Below are positions 8,931 through 19,429 of a stretch of DNA of 64,000 nt, piece after piece. The notes under the pieces were generated by a model. That model searched no databases, had not been told where the DNA came from, and saw only the letters and a program-made list of their open reading frames with translations. The stretch lies in NCBI GenBank assembly GCA_965197425.1, contig CBDANC010000015.1, positions 10,704 through 74,703 of the forward strand, given 5' to 3'. The stretch's first letter is position 1; the number at the start of each line of letters is the position of its first letter. The stretch comes from Bdellovibrionales bacterium. Lineage in GTDB: Bacteria; Bdellovibrionota; Bdellovibrionia; Bdellovibrionales; JAUICD01. Position numbers and translations under genes: made by a program.

Positions 8931-9145
8931 TATTTTTTGAATTTAGCATATCGTTTGTTAAATCTTTCAACCCTTCCTTCAACATCCACCAGTTTTTGCT
9001 TTCCGGTATAGAAAGGGTGACAATTGCTACAAATATCCACTTTTATTCTAGGTAGAGTAGAGCCAGTCAAAAAAGAATTTCCACAAACACATGTGACCTT
9101 AGAGTCTTTATGCCAACTAATATCTTTTTGTACATTTTGTTTCAT
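8930..9145 (-). CDS. rpmE: 50S ribosomal protein L31 (zinc-binding type)
   Basis: 71-aa ORF with CVCG...[13 protein letters not shown]. Confidence 0.9.
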   Translation of the reverse strand: MKQNVQKDISWHKDSKVTCVCGNSFLTGSTLPRIKVDICSNCHPFYTGKQKLVDVEGRVERFNKRYAKFKK

Positions 9146-9235
9146 GTTTGTCTCTTTGTTTTTTCCTTCTTATATTCTCTTATAAAAAACAGGTTTGTGC
9201 TTTTAGTTCAAGTTAAACATTAAGGCAACTAACAT

Positions 9236-10834
9236 CTAGTTGCTCATATTTTTTATAAATTCCTCATTTGTCTTTGTGTTTTTTAACTTGTCCAGTAAAA
9301 ATTCCACGCTATCAACAACATTCATAGGAGCTAAGACTTTTCTTAAAATCCAAAGTCTTTGTAAGTGACTGCTATCTAACAGAAGATCTTCTTTTCTGGT
9401 ACCTGATTTGTTGATATCCATACAAGGAAATATTCGTTTTTCCATAAGTTTTCTGTCTAGGTTTATTTCGGAGTTTCCTGTTCCCTTAAATTCTTCAAAA
9501 ATTACTTCATCCATTCTTGATCCGGTGTCTATCAGTGCCGTTGCAATAATGGTAAGACTTCCACCTTCTTCGATATTTCTGGCTGCCCCAAAAAATCTTT
9601 TTGGCTTATGTAATGCATTTGAATCTACACCACCCGATAAAATTTTTCCAGAAGGAGGTACAACAGTATTATAAGCTCTAGCTAATCTGGTTATTGAATC
9701 TAGTAATATAACAACATCATGCTTATGTTCTACCAGACGCTTGGCCTTTTCCAGCACCATCTCAGCTACCTGAACATGTCTGGTAAGCGGTTCATCAAAT
9801 GTAGAACTAATTACTTCCCCTTTTACATTTCTGGACATATCTGTAACTTCTTCTGGCCTTTCATCAATTAAAAGAACTATCAAAGACACTTCAGGATGAT
9901 TTATGGTGATAGCATTTGCTATATCTTGCAATATTACGGTCTTCCCAGTTCTAGGAGGAGCAACAATTAAGGCTCTTTGTCCTTTGCCTAACGGAGCCAT
10001 CATATCGATAACTCTGGTAGTGAAGTTTGCAGGGCTATGTTCAAGGGTAAGTTTTTGTTTGGGATACAATGGGGTTAGGTTATCAAATAATAGTTTTTCT
10101 TTAGAGGCTTCTAATTTTTCTTTATTTAAAGTTTCTACTTTTAAGAGAGCAAAATATCTTTCATTGTCCTTTGGAGGTCTTACAGTTCCAGCAATATCAT
10201 CCCCAGTTCTTAAACCAAACCTCTTAATCTGAGATGGGCTTACATATATATCATCAGGGCCAGGCAAATAGTTGTAATCGGGAGACCTTAAGAAACCGTA
10301 ACCGTCAGATAATATTTCTAAAACACCGTGCCCGTAAATATTTCCAAATTTAGCAGCCCGTTTTAAAACCTCAAACACCAAGTCTTGCCGCCTAAGTCCA
10401 GCAGCGTGTTCTATGTGAAGCTTTCCTGCTAATTCAGCCAGTGCATTTATCTTTTTGCCCTTTAAATCTTTCGAGTTTAGGGACGTTTTGTCCTCGTCTG
10501 TTAGAGCTGCTTTTATTTGTTCTATCTGTTCTTCAGATAACTCAAGTGCTATATTCTCGGAAGATTCCGTACCACCCACATTAACTTGAGATCCGGCACT
10601 ACTATTTTCATGTTGCTTTTTTCTAGATCTATCAGAGGAATAATTTCCATTATACCTTCTAGAACTACTAGCTCCGGATCTTCTCATAGAAGGGTTGTGA
10701 CTACTTCTAGATCTTCTCTTTTCACCTCTTTCAGAAGAAGAGGAAGTTTCTGATTTTACATCAGACCTTACATCATCTTTGTTTACGTTTGCTATCTCTT
10801 TACTATCTACCATTTCCCTTTCATCCGAGTACAT
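9236..10834 (-). CDS. rho: Transcription termination factor Rho with an approximately 105-aa Arg/Ser-rich N-terminal extension
   Basis: 532-aa ORF with a Rho N-terminal/CSD region ([31 protein letters not shown]), Walker A (APPRTGKT) and the RecA-type core. The first ~105 aa are low-complexity S/R/K/E. Confidence 0.92.
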   Translation of the reverse strand: MYSDEREMVDSKEIANVNKDDVRSDVKSETSSSSERGEKRRSRSSHNPSMRRSGASSSRRYNGNYSSDRSRKKQHENSSAGSQVNVGGTESSENIALELSEEQIEQIKAALTDEDKTSLNSKDLKGKKINALAELAGKLHIEHAAGLRRQDLVFEVLKRAAKFGNIYGHGVLEILSDGYGFLRSPDYNYLPGPDDIYVSPSQIKRFGLRTGDDIAGTVRPPKDNERYFALLKVETLNKEKLEASKEKLLFDNLTPLYPKQKLTLEHSPANFTTRVIDMMAPLGKGQRALIVAPPRTGKTVILQDIANAITINHPEVSLIVLLIDERPEEVTDMSRNVKGEVISSTFDEPLTRHVQVAEMVLEKAKRLVEHKHDVVILLDSITRLARAYNTVVPPSGKILSGGVDSNALHKPKRFFGAARNIEEGGSLTIIATALIDTGSRMDEVIFEEFKGTGNSEINLDRKLMEKRIFPCMDINKSGTRKEDLLLDSSHLQRLWILRKVLAPMNVVDSVEFLLDKLKNTKTNEEFIKNMSN

Positions 10835-10910
10835 GTAAAATTTTGCCTAAAATTGATGGTAAAGCTTTAAAACTGAATCTAACAAAATAGGTGGACTATA
10901 TTACTACAAC

Positions 10911-10938
10911 TTAATTACAACACCTTAATTACAACACC
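10911..10938. repeat. Perfect 14-nt direct tandem duplication TTAATTACAACACC x2 in the rho 5' leader region
   Basis: Read directly from the sequence. It lies ~80-100 nt upstream of the rho start codon. Confidence 0.8.
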
Positions 10939-11297
10939 CTAAGTTTCAGAATATCCTTAACCTTCTAGAAAACAGATCAACACCACATCTTTAATATACT
11001 TACCTAACATCTCTTTAATTAATATCTTCATTTTAAACAAGAGCTTTAATGTGATAGATCCTTGGTAGATTTTCTTGAAACTAAAGGCGTGAAAACACAA
11101 CCCCAGACGCTAACAACCCAAGGCCCTAAAGTCAATGCTTTTTGTAAAAGAAAGGTGCACAGGGGGTCTAAAGATGCGGTTTTTTTGAATAAAATAGTTA
11201 AGATTAAATCCTTTTCTCTGACCTAAATGAAGTCAAAAATAACTCCTGCCACTATCTCTGGGCGGGTCTGTAGATTAGCAATATTAATGTAATGAAA

Positions 11298-12677
11298 CTA
11301 TATTTGTGTTTCGCCGCCAAGCCCGGCAGTGTTTTCAATATCTCTTTGCCTAGCTTTAGCTCTCTTTCTAATAGCCACAAGCAAGACAAGTGTTATCAAA
11401 ACAACCCCTGCTGCAAGTATAGTTATTTTATCTCCCCCTCCAGGAAGCTTGTCCATAACCCCACCGCTGGTGGCAGCAGTGCCTTGGTTATCATCAGTAT
11501 CTGCTAAGGCAGGCGGAAGTGGAGGAGGTGGAGGAGGCACATCACCCATAATATCAGAAGGAGGAGGAGGAGGTATGTCACCCATCATATCAGGAGGAGG
11601 AGGTGGAGGAGGAGGTATGTCACCCATCATATCAGGAGGAGGTGGAGGAGGCATGTCACCCATCATATCAGGAGGAGGTGAGGGAGGCATATCGCCCATC
11701 ATGTCGGAAGGAGGAGGTGGCATATCTGTTGGTGTACCACCTTCAGGTCCAACAGGCATGTCAGAAGCAGGTGGAGCTACAGCAACTGCTCCCGATGGCC
11801 AATATGCAATTTCTCTGTCTTGTGTTAATGTCCATTTTTCAGATTCTTCCAAATCTATATTTTTAGCCCAAAGCTCTTTCCAAGAATTTCTGTTGCCCAA
11901 AATATTTTCAGCAATATCTCTTATATTTTCGCCCCTCTTTGCAGAGTAAACACTAGGAGGGAGATTTGAATCTTCATAGTAAGACAAAAGCCTTCCTCTA
12001 TCATCTGGCCTGTTTGGCGAGTTGTAGTAAACCTTATCACCCACAGAAATCTTATTAGCTAAATTTGGATTTATCTCTAAAAGTTCAGATTCTCTATCAG
12101 GTGTTCTATATATCTTTGAACTTATAGAACTCAAAGAGTCTCCATCCCTTACAATGTAAACAGCGTTGACTAAACGAGAAGCCTTATCATACGGCTCTGA
12201 CTTTATTTTCTTTACAGGTATAAATGTTCTTGTGCCTTCCTCAACATCATTGTATCCGGGCTCTGTATAGGCAAGATCATCTCCTCCATCTACTTCTTCA
12301 TATCCTTCATCAAAACTTTCGTCAGAAGGAGCTTCTGCAGTGGTTCCATCGCCGGACCCATCTTCATCAAAAAAATCATCTCCCCCATCAGCTGCTTCGT
12401 CAGCCGATACATCATAGTCTTCTCCCTCAAAACCTTCCTCATCTAAAGACATATCATTTGCATCAGCCATTTCATCCATCGAAGGTTCTTCGAAATCTTC
12501 ATCTAAGGGATCGTCTGGGAATTCTTCATCTAGGGCTCCGTCATCAAAATCTTCAAGACCAGAGTCACCTGCCATTGCTTCCGAACTATCTAAATCACTG
12601 GCCCCATCATCTTCCTTTTTGTTGGAAGTACAGCCAATAAAACTAAACAATAGTAAAATTAAAAATAAATGTCTCAA
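11298..12677 (-). CDS. LysM-domain lipoprotein with an acidic linker, proline-rich PPPPDMMGD tandem repeats and a C-terminal TM anchor (FimV-like organisation)
   Basis: Leader MRHLFLILLLFSFIGC (lipobox), then a ~130-aa D/E-rich region and LysM-like YIVRDGDSLSSISSKIY...INPNLANKISVGDKVYY. Next come five PPPP(S/P)D(M/I)MGD repeats, then a hydrophobic ITILAAGVVLITLVLLVAI segment followed by RKRAK. Confidence 0.75.
   Translation of the reverse strand: MRHLFLILLLFSFIGCTSNKKEDDGASDLDSSEAMAGDSGLEDFDDGALDEEFPDDPLDEDFEEPSMDEMADANDMSLDEEGFEGEDYDVSADEAADGGDDFFDEDGSGDGTTAEAPSDESFDEGYEEVDGGDDLAYTEPGYNDVEEGTRTFIPVKKIKSEPYDKASRLVNAVYIVRDGDSLSSISSKIYRTPDRESELLEINPNLANKISVGDKVYYNSPNRPDDRGRLLSYYEDSNLPPSVYSAKRGENIRDIAENILGNRNSWKELWAKNIDLEESEKWTLTQDREIAYWPSGAVAVAPPASDMPVGPEGGTPTDMPPPPSDMMGDMPPSPPPDMMGDMPPPPPPDMMGDIPPPPPPPPDMMGDIPPPPPSDIMGDVPPPPPPLPPALADTDDNQGTAATSGGVMDKLPGGGDKITILAAGVVLITLVLLVAIRKRAKARQRDIENTAGLGGETQI
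11513..11725 (-). repeat. In-frame tandem repeat (period 36-42 nt, 5 units) encoding PPPP(P/S)D(M/I)MGD(M/I/V)
   Basis: The plus strand shows five recurrences of AT(G/A)TCACCCATCATATCAGGAGGAGG... inside the LysM lipoprotein gene. Confidence 0.9.
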
Positions 12678-12828
12678 CTAGATCTCTTTTTTAATCTAAT
12701 TATTCCGCCTATTGTCCAATTACAGCACAATGAAAAAATATAATAAACAGCTAACTTTAAGTTAAAGGCTTTGGTCTAGTTGTTTTAAAAATTTAAGACT
12801 TTGGTCTAAGTAATGGACATATACAAAT

Positions 12829-13317
12829 TTAGTTGGCGTAGATTATTTTTTTATTTTTACAACTAAGTTTGTGTCCAACTGTTATTTTGTTTTTAGAAAA
12901 CCACCCTTGATTTACTTCCAGTGCATACCTTGCAGGTTTTTTACTAATATAGCTTGGAATATTTTTTAAAAGCAGGCTTTGTGGATCCATCTTTTGAATG
13001 TCTACGATAACACAATTTGAATTTATAAATGCTATGCTTAGTGGAATAAAAGTATTTTTCATCCAAAAAGACAAAGGCTGCTCATTTTCAAAAATAAAGA
13101 GCATTCCATGATCTTTTGCTAAACTTTTTCTATGCATTAAACCGGCGGATCTTTTTTCATCCGTATCAGCAATTTCTACATGTACATTTTTGTCATCTAT
13201 CTTTAAAATTCTCGTTGATTTTGCCATAGAATAATTTTTGAACAAAGTCAGCGCCATAATTGTACTGAATATAAATATATTTAATGGTTTTTTTAAAAAG
13301 CATACTTGTAACTTCAA
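12829..13317 (-). CDS. DUF192 (COG1430) family protein
   Basis: 162-aa ORF with the pattern IADTDEKRSAGLMHRKSL..DHGMLFIF...FWMKNTFIPLSIAF..., typical of DUF192. Confidence 0.6.
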   Translation of the reverse strand: MKLQVCFLKKPLNIFIFSTIMALTLFKNYSMAKSTRILKIDDKNVHVEIADTDEKRSAGLMHRKSLAKDHGMLFIFENEQPLSFWMKNTFIPLSIAFINSNCVIVDIQKMDPQSLLLKNIPSYISKKPARYALEVNQGWFSKNKITVGHKLSCKNKKIIYAN

Positions 13318-13337
13318 AACTATACCTTCTACAATCT

Positions 13338-14228
13338 TTATTGTTTTATTTTAAATAACATTTGTGCCGCAAGTGCTAATCTTACGCCACCATAACTTAC
13401 TTCAATAGAAGTGATACCAAGGTGTTTTAAAATTTCAATTAAAATCAAATTACCTGTAACAATTATATCTGCTCTTTTTGGATGAAGGGCAAGAGATGTT
13501 CTGTCAAAGACATTCATTGAAGATATTTTTTTAAAAACAACACTTAGATCATCTAATGACATTTGATTGCCGCTTTGTTTCAAATTAAATTTCTTTTTTA
13601 ATCTTAAAAGGGTATTTATGGTTCCTCCAACACCTATTGTTTGTAGAGTTGGGGGATGTTTTACCTCAGATAGCTTATTGTATACTTCAGATGATATTTT
13701 TTTGATCTCGTCAGATGCTATGGGATCATGTGATACATATTTTTCTTTAAATCTTAAAGCTCCCATATTTAAACTGTACGAGTAAATATTATGTAGATTG
13801 TCTTGCCATGCGATTTCTGTAGATCCTCCTCCTATGTCTATCACCATGTATGCATCCTGAGGCTTATCGTACACAGCGCCTTTATATGAGAGGGCTCCTT
13901 CTTGCTTTCCTGATATTATAGAAACGTCCATGTTATAAGAATTTATAAGTTCTATAAATTCATCTAAATTTTTAGACTCTCTAGCAGCGCTTGTAGCCAC
14001 TGCCTTAATTCTTGTTGCTTTATGTTTTTTTATTTTTCGACTAAAAAAATTTAAAACCCCATCCGCTTTTTTTAGAGAATCTTTACTAATTAAACCTGTT
14101 TTTTCTATATCCTGACCAATTCTCACTATTTTAGAATCATCAAATAAAATTTTTAACCTTTCATCTTCTAAAGTAGCTATCATGCATTTAAAAGAATTTG
14201 TTCCTAAATCTATTGAAGCAACAATCAT
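13338..14228 (-). CDS. Ppx/GppA-family phosphatase (ASKHA fold, short form)
   Basis: 296-aa ORF with SIDLGTNSFKCMIA and DIGGGSTE phosphate-binding motifs. It overlaps the gatB stop by 4 nt. Confidence 0.75.
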   Translation of the reverse strand: MIVASIDLGTNSFKCMIATLEDERLKILFDDSKIVRIGQDIEKTGLISKDSLKKADGVLNFFSRKIKKHKATRIKAVATSAARESKNLDEFIELINSYNMDVSIISGKQEGALSYKGAVYDKPQDAYMVIDIGGGSTEIAWQDNLHNIYSYSLNMGALRFKEKYVSHDPIASDEIKKISSEVYNKLSEVKHPPTLQTIGVGGTINTLLRLKKKFNLKQSGNQMSLDDLSVVFKKISSMNVFDRTSLALHPKRADIIVTGNLILIEILKHLGITSIEVSYGGVRLALAAQMLFKIKQ

Positions 14229-15595
14229 TTAGTTTTTAAACTCTCTATTAGTTCAACAACCACACCTGGATTGGCAGAGCCTTTGGTCTTCTGCATTACC
14301 TTTCCTACAAAAAATTCTCTTACCTTATCTTTACCATTTATATATTCATCCCACTGAGATTTGTTTTCAATTATTAGGCTTTTTAAAATTTCTGAAATCT
14401 TCCCTTTATCTGAGAGCTGCTTTTTTTCTCTAACTAATTTTTCTAGGTCTTGGCCTTCTAACACACTCTCAAAAATAATCTTGGCAGATCTTATCGAAAT
14501 TTCTTTCTTATTTACATATCCTATTAGTTTTTTTAATTTATTTATTTTAGACAAACGATCATCTCTCTTGGCAACAGTACACAAAAGATCCGTTGCCCAA
14601 CTTATATTTTTAAAATTTCTAAAAAGATTTAATATACTATCTGCTAATTCTGGGGTTTTGGTCATCCCAATAGCATCATCTGTCGATGTATATTTTAAGA
14701 ACTCTTCAATTTTATCTACCTGTGGCTCCGGTACAACTATATTCAAATCATCTTCAGAAAGTTTTATTGGGATCAAATCTGGATCAGGAAAATATCTGTA
14801 ATCCTCTGAGTCTTCCTTTGTTCTCATAGATATAGTTTTATCAGCAGCACTATCATATAACCTGGTTTCTTGCACTATCTCACCTTTTCTATCTATTATG
14901 CTAGATTGTCTGGCTATTTCATACTCAAGAGCCTTGTCTATAAATCTGAAAGAGTTTAGATTTTTTAGTTCAACTTTGACACCTAAAGAATTGTCTTCAT
15001 TTCTGATGCTAACGTTTAGATCAAATCTTAAAGATCCTTCCTCTAAATTGCCATCACAAATACCTAAATATACAACTAGATCCCTTATTGCTTTTGCATA
15101 ACTTGCAGCTTTGCTTGGAGAAGAAATTTCTGGTTCAGATACTATTTCTAATAAAGGTATTCCTGCCCGGTTAAAGTTTAATAAACTGAATTCTTTTAAA
15201 TGCACTAATTTTCCTGCATCTTCTTCTATATGAATTCTTGTTATGTTTATTTTGTGAAGCTCTTTGGCATAATATTTTACCATCCCATTTTTTAAAATGG
15301 GTAATTTATATTGAGAAATCTGATAGCCTTTGGGTAAATCCGGATAGAAATAATTTTTTCTTTCAAACACAGATTTTCGATTAATTTTACAATTTAAAGT
15401 TTTTCCCAATAAAATTGCTTTTTGTATCACAGCTTTGTTTATAGAAGGCAAACTGCCAGGAAGGCCCAGGCAAATGGGGCATGTGTTTTGATTATCCAGA
15501 TCATCAAACTTAGTAGAGCAACCACAAAAAAGCTTTGTTGTTGTATTTAACTGAACATGAACCTCTATACCTATTGCAGCTTGGTAATGTGACAT
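14225..15595 (-). CDS. gatB: Asp/Glu-tRNA amidotransferase subunit B
   Basis: 456-aa ORF with IGIEVHVQLNT..KLFCGC, NYFYPDLPKGYQISQ and a C-terminal GatB/YqeY-like tail. Confidence 0.92.
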   Translation of the reverse strand: MSHYQAAIGIEVHVQLNTTTKLFCGCSTKFDDLDNQNTCPICLGLPGSLPSINKAVIQKAILLGKTLNCKINRKSVFERKNYFYPDLPKGYQISQYKLPILKNGMVKYYAKELHKINITRIHIEEDAGKLVHLKEFSLLNFNRAGIPLLEIVSEPEISSPSKAASYAKAIRDLVVYLGICDGNLEEGSLRFDLNVSIRNEDNSLGVKVELKNLNSFRFIDKALEYEIARQSSIIDRKGEIVQETRLYDSAADKTISMRTKEDSEDYRYFPDPDLIPIKLSEDDLNIVVPEPQVDKIEEFLKYTSTDDAIGMTKTPELADSILNLFRNFKNISWATDLLCTVAKRDDRLSKINKLKKLIGYVNKKEISIRSAKIIFESVLEGQDLEKLVREKKQLSDKGKISEILKSLIIENKSQWDEYINGKDKVREFFVGKVMQKTKGSANPGVVVELIESLKTK

Positions 15596-16971
15596 GCGTC
15601 CTCTATCGCCTTAGCAAAATTAAACAAAGTTTGTTCATCAAAATGGCGGGCCATTAATTGTACTCCAATAGGAAGGTTGTCTTTAGATAACTTCACAGGA
15701 AGACTAATACTTGGAATACCAGCAAGGTTAGAGGGTACGGTATAATAGTCATTCCAATAACGCTCCAACTTATCTTTTATAGCACCGTGTTTAAATGCCA
15801 ATCCTGCTGTTACCGGAGATAAGATCACATCGCACTTGTTAAAACTTTTTTCAAAGTCGGTTTTTATAAGATTTCTCACCTTACATGCTCTTGAATAATA
15901 CTCATCGTAATATCCAGATGAGAGTGCCAATGAACCCATCAAAATTCTAAGCTTTACCTCTTTGCCAAATCCATTGCTTCTTGTGTTTTCAATAAATTCC
16001 ATAGAATTATCAAATCTAGAACCAAACTTCACCCCATCATAACGAGCTAAATTACTACTAGCTTCACTAGAACAGATTAAGTAGTAAGTAGAAATGGCAT
16101 ATTTTATGTGTTCTAACTTGATGTTTGTAAATTTACAGCCTAAGTTTTTTAAAATGTTTTTTACATCATCCAAGGCTGATTTTACCTCTGGGTGAATATC
16201 GCTTGCCTCTAACAAGCCTACTCTAAGACCTTTTATATTTGTGTCTATATTTTCATCCCAATTTGGGACAGAGACATTGGCAGTGGTGGAATCCTTGGAA
16301 TCGTGACCACTTATAAATTTGGCAATTAAAGCTGTGTCTGTTACATTGTTTGTAATGGGCCCTGCCTGATCAAGGCTAGATGCAAAAGCTATAACACCAT
16401 ACCTGCTAACTCTACCATAAGTTGGTTTTAACCCTACAACCCCACAGAAACTTGAAGGTTGTCTTATAGAGCCACCAGTATCAGTTCCAATAGATCCATA
16501 GACAAATCCACTTGCAACACTTGCACAACTCCCACCACTTGAACCGCCAGCCACATGGTCTCTGTTCCATGGATTAAAGACACTTCCAAAACAAGAAGTT
16601 TCGTTACTAGAACCCATTGCAAACTCATCACAATTGTTTTTGCCCACGATAATAGCTCCAGCAGACTTTAGCCTTTCAACCAATGTGGCAGAATAAGGAG
16701 CAATAAAATTCTTCAGCAAATTTGAACAAGCAGTAGTGGGCATTCCTTTTACACAAATCATATCTTTTACAGATATAGGAACGCCTAATAATTCTAAGTT
16801 GTTATCTAAATTTAGATTGTGAGCCTCTTTTAGTGCATCATAAGATATATGTACAAGTGAATTTATATCTTTATCTTTTTTGCCTATCTTATCTAAGGAA
16901 GACTCTATGACTTCAACAGGGGTTATGGTTTTATTTTTAATTGATTGTACTAACTGTTTTATTGATCTCAT
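15571..16971 (-). CDS. gatA: Asp/Glu-tRNA amidotransferase subunit A
   Basis: 466-aa ORF with the amidase signature GGSSGGSCASVASG...GTDTGGSIRQPS. Confidence 0.92.
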   Translation of the reverse strand: MRSIKQLVQSIKNKTITPVEVIESSLDKIGKKDKDINSLVHISYDALKEAHNLNLDNNLELLGVPISVKDMICVKGMPTTACSNLLKNFIAPYSATLVERLKSAGAIIVGKNNCDEFAMGSSNETSCFGSVFNPWNRDHVAGGSSGGSCASVASGFVYGSIGTDTGGSIRQPSSFCGVVGLKPTYGRVSRYGVIAFASSLDQAGPITNNVTDTALIAKFISGHDSKDSTTANVSVPNWDENIDTNIKGLRVGLLEASDIHPEVKSALDDVKNILKNLGCKFTNIKLEHIKYAISTYYLICSSEASSNLARYDGVKFGSRFDNSMEFIENTRSNGFGKEVKLRILMGSLALSSGYYDEYYSRACKVRNLIKTDFEKSFNKCDVILSPVTAGLAFKHGAIKDKLERYWNDYYTVPSNLAGIPSISLPVKLSKDNLPIGVQLMARHFDEQTLFNFAKAIEDACHITKLQ

Positions 16972-17231
16972 AATTTGAAAGGTACTTTAAAACTTCTTCC
17001 AGCTAATTGCGGGGCATTTTCAAAAAAACCATCTCTATCTGGCATATCTACTATAATATCTTCTCTATATTTATCTAATACTTCTATAGGGGTGGAAGTA
17101 GGCTCTATACCCTTAGTATCTACCTCTTCTATTTGCTTAAAAGCATCCAAAATCAAATAAAGTTCTTTTTTGTTAGAAAGAATATCTTCTTTTTTAAGCC
17201 TTGTTAATTTAGCTAGTTTTTCTACATCCAT
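16968..17231 (-). CDS. gatC: Asp/Glu-tRNA amidotransferase subunit C
   Basis: The track ORF runs to 17318, but GatC-length (~87 aa) fits a start at internal MDVEKLAKLTRL (ATG at 17231). It overlaps the gatA start by 4 nt. Confidence 0.75.
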   Translation of the reverse strand: MDVEKLAKLTRLKKEDILSNKKELYLILDAFKQIEEVDTKGIEPTSTPIEVLDKYREDIIVDMPDRDGFFENAPQLAGRSFKVPFKL

Positions 17232-17308
17232 AGTTGCCTTATACCTAACCTTTTTGACCTCTGTAAAGCCTTGTGTTTTTTTAATGAGATTGATACTGTA
17301 CCATTCTA

Positions 17309-19339
17309 GTGAACTCATTTAAAAGCGATATTAGAAAAACCATCAACAAACTTGCGTTAGAAATAAATCAACATGACTATCACTACTATGCCCTAGATAA
17401 CCCAACTATAAGTGACCTTGAATACGATAAAAAATATGCAAAATTACTAAGACTGGAAAAAAAACATCATTATATCCCTCAAAACTCACCAACACAGAGA
17501 GTCTCAGGGTTTGTTTCAAAGGGCTTTGAAAAAACCTCACATCGTATACCTATGCTGTCTATCCAAAACTGTTTTTCAGATGATGAAATTAAGGCATTTG
17601 ATGCCAGGGTACAAAAATTCTTAGATTCAAAACTTAGAAATACACTAGAGTATTTCTGTCAGCCCAAACTAGATGGGCTGGCTATGGAACTAGTATATGA
17701 AAACGGAATACTCTCAAATGCCATAACAAGGGGGGATGGTGTCATAGGGGAAAATGTGACAGCAAACATAAAAACCATAAAATGCATACCACTTGAAATT
17801 AATAACGCTCCTAAACTTCTGGAAATAAGAGGAGAAGTTATTATGAAAAAAAATGAATTTGAAAGTTTAAATCAAAGACAACAAGGAGAAGGACTTGGTG
17901 TTTTTTCTACTCCAAGAAATGCTGCAGCAGGTTCTGTAAGACAACTCAACTCTTCTATAACAGCTCAAAGAAAACTATTTTTTTATGCATATGCTTGTGG
18001 AGCTATGGAAGGTACCTCATTCAAAACCCACAAACAAATGGAAGACGCCTTAAGAAACTTTGGAATACCAACAATATCTACAAGAAAAAATCTAAAAGCC
18101 AAATCTATAAATAACCTGTCGTACATAGCTAGATCACTTAAAGATGCCATTGATTATAGAAATTTTATTTATAATATCAGACCAAAATTGAAGTTTGATG
18201 TCGATGGCATAGTTATGAAAGTAAATAGATTAGACTTACGAAAGAAAATCGGCGTTACAGCTAAATATCCAAGGTGGGCATGTGCAGCTAAGTTTAAAGC
18301 AGAAGAGGGAGAAACAAAAATTGTAGACATTAAAATTCAAGTTGGGAGAACCGGAGCGTTAACTCCAGTAGCAACACTTGAACCAGTAAAGGTTGCAGGA
18401 GTTTCAATTACTCATGCATCTTTGCATAATCAAAATGAAATAGATAAAAAAGATATACGAATATCTGATACAGTAAAGATTCAAAGAGCTGGAGATGTGA
18501 TTCCATATATCACAGGTGTTAATTTTGTAAAAAGAAAAAAAGGTGCGGCTAAATACACAATACCAGATAAATGCCCTACCTGTAAAAGTGCAGTAGATAA
18601 ATCTGAATCTGCGTCCAGATGTATAAATCCAAATTGCAAATCCCAAATAAAAGAAAAACTAAAACACTTTGTGTCCAGAAAAGCTATGAATATTGACAAC
18701 CTTGGAGACAAACTAATAGATAAACTTTTTTATGCAAACCTAGTAAAAAAATATTCTGATTTTTATAAACTAACCAAAGAAAATATTCTATCCCTAAAAG
18801 GATACAAAGAAAAATCTGCAAATAATGTTATAGTTAGTATCAAAAAAACAACAACACAAAAAATGGACAGATTTATATACGCTCTAGGAATAAGACATGT
18901 TGGAGAAAATACAGCAAAATTAATAGCTAAATATTTTAAAAACATAAATGCTCTAATAAATGCTAAGGAAGAGGATTTTTTTAACATAGATGGAATAGGT
19001 GAAAAAACCAGACTTGCTACGGTTCAATACTTGTTGGAAGGAGGAAAAGAAGAAATAAAAGAACTTTTAAGTGTAATAAAACTTGCTTATAGTAAAACTT
19101 CTGTTAGCAATAAAGCAGTGGTTTTAACTGGCAAGTTACAAAGAACTAAACAAAAAATAAAAGAAATACTAGAAAATTTTGGATACAACACTTCAAACTC
19201 TGTCTCTAAAAACACAGACTTTGTTTTATATGGAGAAAAACCAGGATCAAAATTAAACAAAGCAAAAGAACTTAATATAAAAACAATAGATGAAGCCTCC
19301 ATAGACTGGGATAACTTCAGTGACTTAGATAAAATATAA
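17309..19339 (+). CDS. ligA: NAD-dependent DNA ligase
   Basis: 676-aa ORF with the adenylation motif CQPKLDGLA, a Zn-finger (CPTCKS...CINPNC), HhH repeats and a C-terminal BRCT region. GTG start. Confidence 0.93.
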   Translation: MNSFKSDIRKTINKLALEINQHDYHYYALDNPTISDLEYDKKYAKLLRLEKKHHYIPQNSPTQRVSGFVSKGFEKTSHRIPMLSIQNCFSDDEIKAFDARVQKFLDSKLRNTLEYFCQPKLDGLAMELVYENGILSNAITRGDGVIGENVTANIKTIKCIPLEINNAPKLLEIRGEVIMKKNEFESLNQRQQGEGLGVFSTPRNAAAGSVRQLNSSITAQRKLFFYAYACGAMEGTSFKTHKQMEDALRNFGIPTISTRKNLKAKSINNLSYIARSLKDAIDYRNFIYNIRPKLKFDVDGIVMKVNRLDLRKKIGVTAKYPRWACAAKFKAEEGETKIVDIKIQVGRTGALTPVATLEPVKVAGVSITHASLHNQNEIDKKDIRISDTVKIQRAGDVIPYITGVNFVKRKKGAAKYTIPDKCPTCKSAVDKSESASRCINPNCKSQIKEKLKHFVSRKAMNIDNLGDKLIDKLFYANLVKKYSDFYKLTKENILSLKGYKEKSANNVIVSIKKTTTQKMDRFIYALGIRHVGENTAKLIAKYFKNINALINAKEEDFFNIDGIGEKTRLATVQYLLEGGKEEIKELLSVIKLAYSKTSVSNKAVVLTGKLQRTKQKIKEILENFGYNTSNSVSKNTDFVLYGEKPGSKLNKAKELNIKTIDEASIDWDNFSDLDKI

Positions 19340-19429
19340 AAGTTTTAACTTGAAAACAAAAAAATTACTGTGAGTGTTTTATCAAAAATTTGATTATATC
19401 AATAGTGCCCAGTAAATTTAATGGTATAT

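Noticed and set aside
11329-11949. 206-aa Gly-rich plus-strand ORF (and 11603..11866, 12224..12640)
   Set aside because: It is the antisense shadow of the proline-rich and acidic LysM lipoprotein gene (GGN is the complement of CCN). The minus-strand product has a lipobox, LysM domains and a TM, so it is the real gene.
17232-17318. N-terminal extensions of gatC (to 17318), fabZ (to 19984) and mutL (to 55611) in the ORF track
   Set aside because: The extensions overlap the divergent ligA start or the upstream skp/genes and exceed normal family lengths. Internal Met starts fit family N-termini.
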